A DNA stretch of 64,000 bases from Amphiscolops sp. MND2022 (lineage: Eukaryota). Location: the NCBI GenBank assembly GCA_964187785.1, contig OZ076409.1, positions 10,542,001-10,606,000 of the forward strand, read 5' to 3'. A model generated the notes under the pieces. The model was not told where the DNA came from, ran no database searches, and saw only the letters and a program-made list of their open reading frames with translations. Positions 34,601 to 48,100 of this stretch are shown here, one piece after another; position 1 is the first letter of the stretch; every line of letters begins with the position of its first letter. A program made the translations under genes and the position numbers.

Positions 34601-36120
34601 TGGGCTAGCCTACGATAGGCAAACGTTCTACTAGCAAAATTAAATGCAAGGAGTTCTACTGACCTTTGATCTGCACTTTGGAGGCAGTGGTAGGCTTGTG
34701 AGCAATCGAGTTTGCAAAACAACTGCTTCCCCGCTAGATGTTGTGCGGCGTCCGAGAGGGTGCTGATGGGGTGGTTGTTGTTTATGTAGTCATCTGAGAT
34801 GAGGGAGTTGATCTTCCGTAAGTCCACTAGGAGCCGTAATTTGCCGTTGGGTTTGCGTTGCGCAAAGATGGGGCTGGCATATTTCGAGAATGGGAGAGTT
34901 GTGATGATCCCATATTTGTGCATCAGTGCTAATTCTACTGTGAGGTCGTCTTTGAGGTTGATGGGTACGGGGAGACTCTTTGTATATACCGGTTTGTCAT
35001 TTTTGGGGATAGGCATACCTTGAACTGGTTGTTCATTCCGATGTCCAGTCGGTGGCGTGCAAAGATGTCATTGAATTCGACTAGGGTGGACTCTAGATAT
35101 TCACGGTCTTCTCCCGTTATTAACGAATCGTTCCATTTGAATAGTGAAATGAATTGTGACCTGGATTTTTTGTCTTGTTTGGGGTCCAGTTCTTCTAATC
35201 GTTGTAGTTCGCGTAGTTCTCGCAGAATGCGTTGTTGGATGGGTGTGTGTTCCGATTCGTCTCCGGGATTTTCGGGAGTTGGGAACCAGAATTTCTCTTC
35301 TGTTTGTTTTGACGAATTAACTTGCATCAGTGCATTAACGTACGCAACAACATCGTCGTGTTCGGTGAGTAGATTGAGGGCTGCTATATCTACTGCTCGT
35401 ATCAATTTCGTTTCTTCAGGTTTCAGTATTTGTAATTCTGCTAGTTTCGTATGTGGCGTTACTGTATAGGGGAAGTCTGTGGTGTTCGCTATTTTTATCG
35501 CGACTCGTTTGTCTTGGGCTGTTGTTATTGCTGGGGCTACTATAAGTTTTGCATTTTCGTTGAACTGTGGTAGAGGTTGAACTGTCCCAGTTATTGGGTG
35601 GTCGTTACTTGCAGTAATGGACGCGTGGATAATCCGCGTGGCTTGTGCTGGTGATGGTGTGTTTTTCTTCCGTCTTGATGGTGATGGGTTTGGGGTTGCA
35701 CTTTTGTCTTTCATCCTTTAAGGCTAGGGTGATTTGTATTTTAGGAAAGTCTATTGTTCCTTGTGCAGTATCTAGGACTGCGGAATGTTTTCGGAGGAAT
35801 GCCAGGCCGATGATTGGGTAGGATGTTTTGGTCATGATGATGAAGGTCTCTTCGAACGCGTAGTCCCCGATTTTGAACTTCATTGTGTAGCTCGCGCGAG
35901 ATTTTTCAAGTTCGGTGTTGGCATATTGTCTCTTGAAAGGGGGCGGAGGTGCCTTCGAAATTATGGTTGCATTGGCTTCAGTTTGTATCTTGTCTGCGTC
36001 TCTTTCGCTGATGACGTTAATATAGGCTCCCGAGTCAACTAGTGCATCAATTCTAGTGTTTTGAAAGTCAAGGGGGATGAAGAGCATTCTTTTCTTCTTT
36101 TTGAGGGTAATTGCTGACAT
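31625..36120 (-). pseudogene. pol of element B (PR, RT, RNase H, IN), broken by frameshifts and a stop
   Basis: LVDSGA (35605..36120). RLLVDLRKIN, YMDD and MTDASF (33049..35016). Integrase EVDIL/LTDKGSQF/ILER and WTGPY (31807..32985). Split over several frames. Confidence 0.92.
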
Positions 36121-36789
36121 TAGCGGAATGTAGTCGTCGTCTTTGTCATGCTGTATGAATTCTTTTATGATGTTGAGGTCATCTGGCAGTTGTTGTGGGC
36201 ATTCCGTTACTTCTTCGTCTTCATAGTTGTTGTCTTGAGTTGGTAATTCAGGTGCTGTTGTTGGGGGTGATTCTGTGTGATCGGCTTTCTTCCGTTGTTC
36301 TCTGTCTTGTTGTGTCCATATTGTTTTATCCTCGGTGCAGATGATATTCTCTGCATCTATTTGTGTGTACGGGGTGTTGACGGGTACTGGCGGGGACTGT
36401 GTTGTCTTTTTTAGGATTGGTGACGGTGGTGATGGTAAGGTTGAACTCTCGGTGAATTGGGTTTGAGGATTTGAAACTTGGATCTTGAAGGAGAGTTTAT
36501 TTGTGTCATAGATGGTTGGTTCGTCCCAGGGATCACATCTATAGTCTCTATCATATATGTAAATGCGCTCGGTCTTTGATTCTGGTAGTGGTCTCTTTAG
36601 TGTCGCGTAGTTATCGGGTGATTCTGTTATCCATTAGAGTAGTGGTGTTGGGTCCTTTGGGTGTCGGGCATTGTGTCTAAGTATCATGCCTACGTTCCAT
36701 CGACGTTGCCAGTCTTGGGTGGGTTCTTCATTGCATTCTGTAAAGAAGTCTTCTTCATACCTATTTGGGGGGTCTTCTATTGTGTACGC

Positions 36790-36840
36790 CCTTGCGTCTA
36801 CCGTTTCCCCGAAGCGGAGGCGCGGCGTTCTTAGTTTTTT
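36790..36840 (-). promoter_or_regulatory. Putative -1 ribosomal frameshift signal at gag/pol junction
   Basis: In-frame heptamer A AAA AAC directly before the gag TAA, followed by a GC-rich self-complementary stretch (ACGCC..GGGCGT). The protease ORF at 36120 is in the -1 frame. Confidence 0.6.
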
Positions 36841-38243
36841 GGCAGGATTCCAATAGAGAGCATTGGTTGTTCGTTGATTTGGTTCGTGGGTATGGCGAAC
36901 TCGTGTCCTTTCTTCCTAGGGTCATTCGCCGCATTAGCTCCGTACCAGCAGTTCTCAGTTTTGTGGAGTTTTCCACAAGTGTCGCATTTTGGTTTGGGTG
37001 GTTCGTTGGTGTTGGGAATGCCGTTCTGTGCTTTAGTTGCATAGTAGCGATCTTTTCGTAATTTACGGCATTGTGCCTTATAATGTCCATATTTGCCACA
37101 GTGGAAACAGTTTCCTCGTTGGTTGAGTTCCGTTTTTGATTCCGGTGGGACGACGTTGACCATATTTAGTGGTACTAGCGTGGTTTCGTCTGGGGTTCCC
37201 AGACCATTGAGGCGCATCTCCCGTTCAAGATGTAGGACAATGTCGTTATAGGGTTTGTCCTCGAGGTAGGCTCGGTTAGGAATCTTTTTGACGTGGTCCG
37301 GCATTTTGGCGTATATAGCCTTGTCTATAAATTTTTGTGCTTCTGAGCCGAACGCTTCTTTAGCCGTTTTTTGCAGTTTGTCCAAAAATTCATGTAGTTT
37401 TTGCATGGTTGGATCAAAATGTGGCGAGTCCCATTCGCATCTCGCCTTGGCCGTAGATTGAAAATCTCCGAAGCGCCGTTTAAACGCCGTAATTACCTCC
37501 TCTAAGTTATCTTTTTTGGCATTGTCTAAGTTGCAATATGCTTGTACTGCATTGCCTCGTAGCAGCGAGTGAAAGTAGTTGATTTTTTGAATTTCTGTTA
37601 GATGTGGGTACATTTTTATGTTGTTTCGGAATAAATCTTCGAAGAGTTCGAATTTTTCGGACTTACCATCAAACACAGGTAGAGATGCAGTAAGTGCTTT
37701 TGGCATTGAAGGAGGTTGAGGTGGTGGATGGATTTCCGGCTGAGGAGCGAATAGTAGTCTTGATGTCGAGGGTCGTTCATTGGGTGGCAGACTTTGTGGA
37801 CGGTGTGGTCGCGTCTTCTTTTTCCCCAGATTTGTGGAGTCATTGAGGACTCATGTCACCATGTTACGACTTCTTACAGGTAAAATTTTACGAGTAGTCG
37901 CAATAGGTTTGGTTTTAATTTGAGTTGAAGTTGCATTTTCCGAAACGTTTTCGGACTCAGAATCTGTTTTTTCGGTAGCTGTTGTGATGGTTTGTTTTTT
38001 AGACGTAGGGGCTATTAGTTTTAGCATTTCCTTTTGATTTTCAGCCAAGATTTTAGTAAGATCAGACATGATCTCTTTCCTTAGTGAAGACTTGATTTCG
38101 TCTAGATTTTCAGTGAGCACTCTAGGAGATTTGCTCGTTCCCGCTACGGGATTTAGGTTTTGGTTAGTCTCAAGTATCGGAGTCTCAGTTTCAGTGGAAA
38201 CTAATTCCTCGACAGCTTTTCTTTTCTGGCTTCTAGTAGTCAT
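36831..38243 (-). CDS. gag of element B, starting inside the 5' LTR, with one in-frame TGA at 37853-37851
   Basis: MTTRSQKRK ORF (38243) and MPKALTASLPVFDGK ORF (37706) are in the same frame with only that stop between them. Knuckles CFHCGKYGHYKAQC and CDTCGKLHKTENC. Confidence 0.8.
37845..37861 (-). promoter_or_regulatory. Primer-binding site of element B (TGGTGACATGAG...)
   Basis: TGG immediately follows the CA end of the 5' LTR. Cognate tRNA not identified. Confidence 0.6.
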
Positions 38244-40124
38244 TTTAGAGAGAGAGAGAGGTTGTTTTTGGAAAACTCGAATTCTTCAAAGAAATTTGGT
38301 TTTCAGAAACGAAGTATCAACGTAGCAAATTAAAAACAGGTCAACTTAGTTTACAAACCCCTGGGTATATATACTTTCACAGCATCATTTGTTCCCCACG
38401 TAAAAATTCCTAGGAATCCTTAAAATCGGTTTTGTTCATCAAAAACGCTTAACCATCCTTATTATTTCAACCCTTCTATTAATTGTTCACAATTTAAAAT
38501 TCCTAGTCATGGCTTCCTTACGGAGTACTTGTTGAAATCATTTTGTTGATTAATATCACTTCCGGTCTGATCGCGGAAAAGACGGCAAATTGAAAGTCTA
38601 GTTGAATTTTCATCAAGAAAAGCACGCTGGCGTGATCAATGATTCATCTCAAGACTAGTGAAAATCGTCTGTTCGCGGTAAAAAAAATGACAAGCAAAAT
38701 TGACTACGGAAATATCTCGGAGTGATTTTGGATTATTGTGCTGAGAATATTTTGAAAAGAACAAATGATGCTGGAGAAATAGTTAATACAGATCAAGAAC
38801 TGAATTGGCAAATAATATAGCACAGTATCATTCTGAGCTAATTTTACATGTATTGAAGCAATTTTACATGAGTTGAAACATAATGGTTTGGCTAATACAG
38901 ATCAATAGATTATTTAGCCCAATAAACATGGCGCAGTAAATGTACAAAACACCATTTTCCAAAATGCACCTTTCGTTTAATCGTTTCCCTTGTTTTAACC
39001 TGTAGCACGATCATTTTGATTAGTTATTAAAACGGGAAAAATCCGGAAAGGTATTATTTTGGCGTTTTGATATTTTGAATATTCCGTTTCGTTTCTGTAT
39101 GGCATGAGGAATATCTTGATATGTTAAAACAATTTTGGTCTTGCAGCATTACTTTTAGTTGTTCTATACATATTAACATTAGGCATAACCTTGTCATTTT
39201 ACAATTTGCTCCGTAAGCGCTCCGTACGTATTAAGATTAGGTATAATTTCATCGCCTTGCAATTTGCTCCGTAAGCGCTCCGTACGTATTAAGATTAGGT
39301 ATAATTTCATCGCTTTACAATTTGCTCCGTAAGCGCTCCGTACGTATTAAGATTAGGTATAATTTCAACGCTTTACAATTTGCTCCGTAAGCGCTCCATA
39401 CGTATTAAGATTAGGTATAGTTGGCTAGCTGTCAGCGGAGCTAGAACGGAGTAAAAGGCCATTCTTGAATCATTCCTAGTGACGTCACTCGAATAATTCT
39501 CAATCGCTTGAGCGCAAATATGCTAGCTTTTTTTGCGACGCTATTGGTCCGTAAAATCAGAAATGCCAGTATTTTGCCTATTTGAGCGGCGTTGCCATTA
39601 CGTTGCAAGAACCTATTTAAATTACTTGACTGTAATTCAAATAGGCTCTTACAGCTACTTCGGCTATCAGAAACAAATTTATTATATCATCTTGCGTTCT
39701 TTTTATTTTAGATTGTATGAATTCCGTTGGGATCGCGGAATTAAATAGTGTTTTTAATGTTTTCATTTCAGTGTGTAAAAGAAAAAATGATCCCAGAGTT
39801 AAGAATGTTTCCATTTTGTTGTTTAGATCCTTATGGAATTTTTAGCAGGCAAAACCGGAAGTAATAGAACGGTTACGCATAAAAACTTTATACCGGAAGT
39901 TCCGTTTTGTCTAAAAATCACTTTTGGATATTTTACGTATCGTTTCCGTTAGATTAAAATCCTTTTTGTTCTGAATATTAGTTCGTACTACAGTTTAAGC
40001 AAAGGTAAGTAATCAGTCAAAGTTTTTACTTAATTTTGTGTGGTTCTGCCATGTCCTCGTCCTCTTGCAAATTTCGGTATTCCCTCGCAACAGGAAAAAT
40101 CCCGACCGGGAGCGGGTCGTGACA
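37862..40124 (-). repeat. 5' LTR of element B (2263 bp), including 58-bp tandem repeat at 39201-39420
   Basis: Direct repeat of 24238..26499. Minus-strand ends TGTCACGAC...GTCGTAACA. Confidence 0.93.
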
Positions 40125-40329
40125 GCAATTCTTTCAAAAGTTGCATCGTTCGAGTTCAAGATGATTTGTTAATGCTGTTATACGGTTCATCCGTCTAGTT
40201 GACCTCTACCGTGTTTCGCTTTAACAACATAGTCTGAAACTATAGTTCTTATGAGTTGTTAGTGAACAAACTCAGAAAACAGTTTAGATTACACATATCC
40301 ATTCTTGATATACGTTTGATCGTGTGACG

Positions 40330-43300
40330 TTACTAAATTGAGAGTACTATTTTTTACATTCTATTCCATTTCAAAGATATCTGATCTTAGAATACATACA
40401 ACATGGTGCAGTCAGCTAATTCTTAAATCGAACAGCGTTTCATTGACTGAGGAAAACATAGTACCGAATCTAGCAGCAAAAGCTTCGGACGGAAACGCGG
40501 TGTTCAAACCGAGACAGTACAAATTGAAATCGAAAAAGAACACAATTTCAACACAATTCCATTCGAAGAACTGCTGATATTCTAATACATGACAGCAACC
40601 ACCGACAACAAACTGCGGCACAAAATGATAAAAAAAAACACTAGAACTGAAAAAGACGATCAAACTAATCAAACGAAAAATCAATGACAAGAAGAACAAA
40701 AAAACACATTACCGGAAGCCCTAACTTCGGCAAAAGAAAAACAGGCGATAAAAGAAGAACCGATAAAAAGAATGGAAAGATTCGCTGCGAGACCAAAAAT
40801 AGACCGACAGGAAAAAGCCCATGCAGATTTTGCGGAGCACCGAAATTGACACCAATACACAAGTGTCCGGCGATAGAAACAAGTTGCAACAAATGTGGGA
40901 AAAAGGACACTATGCAAAAGTGTGCAGACTAGAATATACAAACAACGAAACAGAGAAATGTTTAACCGAAGAAGAAACTGATGGCCGAAATGTAACATTA
41001 AAAGATTAAAAGAATCAGACGACAGTATTCACCACATAAAAGAAGTAAAGGAATTCGAAAAGAAAATCAAACGCTATACGGCAACAGTAAGAATGAACGA
41101 GATTAGGGAAGATTTCATAATCGACACTGGGTCACCGATAACGATAATCCCACCGGACGAGAAGATCTTAAAATTAGGCGGAAAAAAGAAAATCTCAAAC
41201 GGATACAAAGACGTAAACAAAAACGAAGAATAATTCCGAGGAAAAGTTCCGGTGAACCTGGAATACGAGACCAAGAAACAAAAAAATGGAAATCTTGATA
41301 TCGAAAGAACGGACATAACACCCTTACTCGGGATGAACTGGATGAAGAAAGTCAAATGTCAAATTAACAATCGGTAGATAACAGTTCGCCGAGAACAACT
41401 GATCAGAACACGAGAAAGTATTTAAGAGATTCCCGGACTTGTTCGAGGAAAAGTAAACCATAAAAGATACCAAAATAAACATCCAGTTGAAACCGGGACA
41501 CTACCCAGTAACACAAAAAGCCAGACCGGTACCTCTACATGAACAAGAAGACGCGGGACGTGAATTAGAGAAGCTGATAAAATATAGACACCTAGAAAAA
41601 ACAACCGATATGGATGAAGATTGCTTAGTACCCCTCGTGGTAATAACCGTTAAAAGCGACAAACCTGTAAAGATATTATTAGACTCACGGAAACTAATTG
41701 ACAGTTGTATCAAAATGAGACCACATATGCCAAATATGGAAAAATTATTGAATCAGATTTCGGTAGAGATTACACGCAACCGAACAGCGCACCTATTCAT
41801 TTCAAAAATGGATCTGGACTACGCATACGGTCAAATGGAATTATCCGAAGAGAGAAACCGACAATGCGTATTCGCAATAACCGGAGGAAAATTTAGCGAG
41901 AATTACCGACTCAAAAAGGTGTTCTACGGTCATTCCAAGAACAAAATTACCGAAAACTCGGAGACAATAAACCGGCGTTGCTAGACGACATATTTGTAGT
42001 GACACGGGGAAGTGAACAAGATCACGAAAAAAAATTATTTGACATCTTGAAAAAATTGGAAAAGGCCGGATACCAGGCCAGTAAAATAATTCGAATTCTT
42101 CGTGAGCCAAACAAAGTTGCTGTGACACGAAACTGACGAAACCGGAGATAAACAGAACGAAGAAACAGTGGAAGCAATACTACGATTAAAACAACCGGAA
42201 AATCCTAAAGAACTGGAATCATTTCTGGCGGTGATACAATACATGTCAAAATTTTTACCAAATCTCTCGGAACTAACAGACCGATTTAGAAAATCCTTGA
42301 GATAAATGAACCTTGAACATGGGGAGATAAACAGCGAAAAGACTTCGGAAAGATAAAACAGATGTTAACCGAAGGACAAGGTTTAGCACAATATGCGAAA
42401 GACGAAGACCACATAGTAGCAACGGACGCTTGCACGATCGGACTCGGAAATACTTTATGGCAAATACCAGATGACGGAAACACAAAATCGATAGCATTCC
42501 GTAGCAGATATTTAAATAAGACAAATGAGAAATATTCCACCGGTGAGTTAGAATTACTAGCAGTAGTGTGGGGATTAGCGAATTTCCGATTTTACCTAAA
42601 CGGGAAAAAGTACATCTCTACACGGATCAACAAGCATTAGAACCAATAATTGAATGGAACCGATGTAACAAACATTATAGCGCAAGATTAACACGGTGAT
42701 TGGACCGATTACCACATTTCGATATATCAATACAAAGTTTTGCCGGAGGCAACTTGAAATTTACAGAATATCTAAGCAGAAATCCGGTAGGGGGAGCCAC
42801 GCCGGAAAATAATTACAATGAAGAATACGTAATTACCAAACTAAACAAGCTGAATTGAATTTAAAATACTGGCCATTATTCGTCGACCAGTCAAAACGCA
42901 CCGAAATTAAAAACGGCATTACCTAACGACAGCACTGAGACACAAAATGACCATGAAAAGAACCAATCACAAAGGAATAGAATATTCGAGGACTAAAACA
43001 ACGTGAACAAAGATGTACAGAATGAAATAACTACATCCGAGCAGTCCGATATTAGCACTCTACGTTCTAGTCACAAATCAGTTGATACAAATAATAAAAA
43101 CATGGACCGAGCAAAATTCTTTCATTGGTGGGCAGCCCGTGAAGTTATGGAATTTATCAGAAGCCGAAACAACAGTCCGGAAACGAGAAGATTGGTGGAG
43201 CAAAGGGAACGCGCTATCTCGACCGGGTACTCTGAGACGCCGATATGACTATCAAAGCCAGAGGACAATATTCGCACCATCCCGGCCGAACAAACAAGCC

Positions 43301-43620
43301 GATAAGAGAAAAACCGAAATCGACGCGGAGCCCATGAGAAGAGCAAACAGGCTGGGTTGAGGATAACTGAAACATGAAGAGCCCGAAGACATTCCGGAAG
43401 AGAAAGAAATAGGTCAAGAACAGGAAGATACGGAGAAAGACAACCTAATAATGCGCAGAGAAAACCTGCCAATAGGTGACTTGAACAAGTACAGCACAGA
43501 TGGAAAGGAGACCAAATACATTCAGAAAAAACTACATTGTGGAAACAGGACATCGAACAAGAAGGTGACCGCAGAAATTTTCAAAAAGCGGAATTTGAAA
43601 GAACAATATCGATATCGAAA
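40330..43620 (+). pseudogene. Decayed, truncated gypsy gag-pol remnant (element C)
   Basis: Fragments CRFCG..HKCPA..CNKCGK/GHYAKVCR, FIIDTGS (~41113), LDSRKL..KMDLDYAYGQ and VATDACTIGLG..ELELLAVVWGL. Many frameshifts; no LTR or integrase seen. Ends approximate. Confidence 0.85.
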
Positions 43621-43737
43621 TGGTTGTAAAAATCATTCAGTAATTTTGTTTTGAGTGATGTCTAGATTATTTTGCCATAACTCTTAATTTAATGGTTTTC
43701 TGATTTTACTTTTTCTCGATATCGAGCAGTTCGTAGC

Positions 43738-43992
43738 AATTTTTTTCTTGCCATATTCGGCTTCTTAGTTAGATTTTTCTTGCCATATTGGGCTTCTTAG
43801 TAAGATTTTTCTTGCCATATTGGGCTTCTTAGTAAGATTTTTCTTGGAAACATGGCTCTCTTGATAAGATCTTACCATGGCATCTTGCAATTCTTGGCAA
43901 TATCTTGTCACGATCTTAGCTAAGATTTTTCAAGATCTTGGCAAGATCTTGCCAAGATCTTACTAAGATATCCATGGAGGGTCGACCCCGGA
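43738..43992. repeat. 31-bp tandem repeat x3 plus CAAGATCTTG-rich terminus of a non-autonomous repeat
   Basis: ATTTTTCTTGCCATATTGGGCTTCTTAGTAAG repeated, then AAGATCTTG units ending near CCATGGAGGGTCGACCCCGG. Confidence 0.55.
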
Positions 43993-45138
43993 GAGCCCAA
44001 GCTGCAATCATGAAATTGAATTTAAATTTGAAGGTTTTTGGTGAGGTATTTAGTCTTTTCATTGTAATATTCTAACTGACTTTCCAAAAAAAAATGGTGG
44101 TGGGGTGGTTTTACAGAAACGAACACATTTTTGCAACAATTGTGAAAGAAGACACTCAAATAATAAAAGAAGAAAAAAGAAAATGTTATCAGAATCTTGT
44201 ACGAAATTGAGTAAATTGTATGAATCTTGCAAAATATGCTATTCTTGTACCGACTTTGTCACATATGCATAGTTGGCTAATTTTACAATATTTGTGACTT
44301 TTGAAAACTAGGGAATATGAACTCACCACGAAAATTTGAGAAATTTTATGCGAATTGATATCATTTTTTAATAAGAACATGAAATGTTTCCAGAAGCATG
44401 ATATTTTGGCACAGCTCTGCAAATTATATTTTGCGAAAGCTCAGAAAACTTTTAGCTTGATTGTATGCCTGGATTCATTATCAAACTAGTTCAAATTACA
44501 CAATCAAAATTTGAATAGCAGCTACAAAGATTATAAAACTGAAAACCTCTATATGTTGAAGTTTGTGTATGAATTAGCTGTAAAAATTACTGATTGACTT
44601 AATTGGTTTTATCTTGATGATGTCATAATATGTAAACCAATCGCATTAAACAAGCATACCAAATTGCTCTGGCGACATCAGAATATATACGAATTCATTT
44701 CTTTTTGTCGATAAAGTTCTATCGTATTTGTCAGACTATTTAAAGATTCTCTCGAAAATTACGAAGAAGCATTCTGAGCATATTTTCACAAAGTGTGGGT
44801 TCTTTAAAATTGTCAATTCGCAATAATTAAAGTATTATAGAAATATTTAGTCCTTGATCTTTGAAGAATCGGTCATGTTTGATTTCCAATTCAACATCAA
44901 TCCATTTTTCTTTGACAATGTTGTAAACATTGTTGAGATGAGATTGTTTCAAATCGAATTTTTCAACAACTTCCAAATGACTATTGAAGTGATGTAAAGT
45001 TCAGCGTTGATGTTTTAAAGACGACTTATTTTTTCACACTTTTACTATTTCTGGAGACCTTTCAGCAGGTTTATTTTGGCCAGATCTTCCTTTTGTTCAT
45101 TCTTTTTTTCTGAGCTCTTTATCTTCGTTTTCAAAGAC

Positions 45139-48100
45139 ATGCATTTATTTGAGCACGCTTATCACATTGACACGCTTTTATGCTGCCAAGCCTGTCATTT
45201 TCATTCCACTAAAGAGAACTTTGACGAGATCCTGCAAGATGGATTTCTGTTGCGAAAAGAGTGGATTTTGTGTCCCAACGAACATCCCATCGTGAAGAGA
45301 TATTGCGAGTTGTGCATGGATTTGGGAGACGTGACGTTATTCGAGGCTTTTTACAGGCACCGCAATGCCATCAAGTGTGGGGCGTGTGAATACCCCGTCA
45401 AAGTGTACCAGACCAATCTACTCGAAGGAGGTTAAAACAACGGTGGTAGGTTGTATAGCCGAGCGAACTTTAAGACGAAAGAAATTTAGGCCGACAATCT
45501 GAAGCCGACATCTAGAGATTACGTAATCATTACTAGCAGTGGTGAGCAGAATTGAAAAAGGATATTATCAGAATGCAGCAACGTGGCTTCAGTAGCCGCT
45601 TGTATAACAACTGCTTATTTCGTCATCCAATCAGATTTGAGATCGGCTTCATATTCTTTCTTCCTAAAGTTCGTTCGGTTATACGATCGGCTACCTAGAA
45701 CAATAATATCACTCAATTAACAAGAGGCACAGAGGCACTGCGTTGTTTTTTGTATACTGGTGCACGACGCCTTTAGCAAAAAAGTTAGAGAAGTCGCAAT
45801 AGTTTTTTATAAAAATACAAGCAGGGAATGGCCCAAGTTGGCGCCCAAGTTCAAAAAGAGCAAAGCGTTTTGAATATGCGGAGTGACACAGTGCCAAAAA
45901 AGACTCGAAACATCAAAGAACCAAATTTTTGAAAAAAGTCGGCCGTTTTTCTCCGAAAAAACTATAGTGTCGAAAAACCCGAAAGTTCGCATAACGCTTT
46001 CTCCAAGCTAAGACTTTTTTCAAAAGTGATTTCCAAAGGGCATACTCATTGACCAAATGATTTTTTCCGCCAAAATGTTTTTTGACTAAAAATAGTCGCT
46101 TAGTGCCGAAAAAAACGTACGACTTTCCACAGGTATTGAGAAAACTCTCATCAGTCCCACGTGACCAAAATTAACCAAAGAGGTCACCCTAAAGGCTCGG
46201 TAAAACTTTATAACAGAAAAGACCAAAAAATAAATTGAAAAACTTCTTGGAGTTTTTTTGTTCACACCAATGATGCCGGGACAACCTAAGATAGCCCTCT
46301 ATGCTCGCCAAACGATTTGTTTTTGCTAAAAATCAAGGGGCACTTCGGTTTAAAACCTTTGTGGAAAAAGTCACAAAGTTCCGAAGAGAACCTTTGGTCT
46401 TCTCTCTACTTTTCAAGCATATACGTTTTTGGTTTAGGGCGATGCTCGAACCCCTGTACTGCCCCTGCTTAGCAGACCTCGCGGAAATTAACTAAATTGT
46501 TTGTGGTGCAGAAAAATGATCATAGGATTGGTAAAAAATTTAGTCTCATAAATTGTGAAAAACGTCGAAGATATATACCTCGGCGACTTCCGAACTTTCC
46601 GACATTCAATTTTTTCAAAGCGTATGCACATCTTCTGCGAGAAAAAAAACAAAGCAAAAACTTAGCGCTGTATCAGAAATATCAGAAATATCAGAAATTC
46701 CTAAGGTTAACGTTAGTTCCTAGTTCCTTAAGGTTGTCAAAAATTGTTTTTGTAAAGTTCATACTGAAACTTTACAAAAGTTAGGCTCTGATTAGATTCA
46801 AACTCCAACATTTTTGACCAAAGGAATATTAGGAGGTTTAAACGTCACAGTTTCATAAAAGCCGTTCGTTTTTGTCAAATAAGTTGTATCAAAACTCGAA
46901 GTTACAAAAATAAATACTGAAAATACGTATGTCCGATAACTGTTAAATGCCTTTTCTCTCATTGTTCATGGCAAATTGCTATATATTTCGAAAATAGGGC
47001 GTTTTAGTAGGTGCTTTTTAAAATATAACGCGACTATAACCGCGAATTTTCCTCGATTTTTCAAATGATTTTCAGTCCTGTAGAAGTGACCAAAACTGTC
47101 CCACAGAAGTTCTAGAATAAACATATGATCAAAGAGAGCCAAAAGATCCTTTTTTCATTTCCTTTTGTCATTTTGATTTCAGATAAAAAGCTCAAAAAGC
47201 CTTTCAAAATTTTAAGTTCTTTGCGCTTCATGAGCTCAAGAAAGTCTTAGTATAGTTCAGTTTCAAAACATTAAAATAATGGACTTTAGCGAGACTCGAA
47301 CCCAATTCCTCCTGTTCCCAAGTCTTGTTCGTTAACCACTGAGCCAAAAAGCAGCACTTGGCTGCAGATCATTTTTGTCAATAGGTCAGAAGTTTCTGAC
47401 ACAAAGTGTTGAAAAAAAACTTAAACAAGACGGGAACGTTTCAAGTCGGCGCTATATCTAAGGCTCAAAATGCGCAAAAGACTTTTTTTTAAAAAAAAAC
47501 TTGAAATTTTTGATTTTTTTTCTCTCAGAAAATGTCGCATAGTGCCAAAAAATGTAAAAGGGGGGCCCTTTGGGCTTTATTAACATATATTCTGTTGCAA
47601 AATATCAAAAAACTCGAAAGGGGGACTCTTTTGAGACATTAAAAAATTTTCGAAAAAAGTCGCACAATGCCGAAAAAAATCGAACCTTTTAGTCTCGTCC
47701 GGTTTTGTAGGCTACGGTAAAATAGTAAAATATGAAAAGGGGACCCTTCTGTACTAATTTCCGCTGACCGGACTTGGCCTTATGCTAGTAGTTTTAGTAG
47801 TTTCGATTGTAAGAAAAGTGGCCCAATCAGAGTGAGATTGTAGTCTGACGAAAAAAAAAAGAAAACAAGACGGGAACGTCCCAAGTCGGCGCCATATCTT
47901 AGGCTCAAAAATATTCAAGGAACAACTATTGTAAAAATTTGGAAAAAAAAATTTTTCAAAAAAATTATTTTTGAAATTTTTTTCGAAAAAAAAGTATTTT
48001 TTAAGTCGCAAAATGCCGAAAAAAATCCAAAGGGGGGACCCTTTGGGCACGTCCGGTTGTGTATGTTTCCTTGAAAAAGTAAAAACTGAAAGGGGGACCC

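Larger units (their letters stand above)
24238..40124 (-). mobile_element. Full-length Ty3/Gypsy LTR retrotransposon (element B, 15.9 kb) with decayed pol and antisense cargo gene
   Basis: Two ~2.26-kb direct repeats bounded by TGT...ACA. 5-bp TSD ACAAT/GCAAT (1 mismatch). PBS-like TGG next to the 5' LTR. gag and pol fragments on the minus strand. Confidence 0.93.

Noticed and set aside
47286..47347. Functional tRNA gene
   Set aside because: A and B boxes are present but the acceptor and anticodon stems do not pair; treated as SINE-like.
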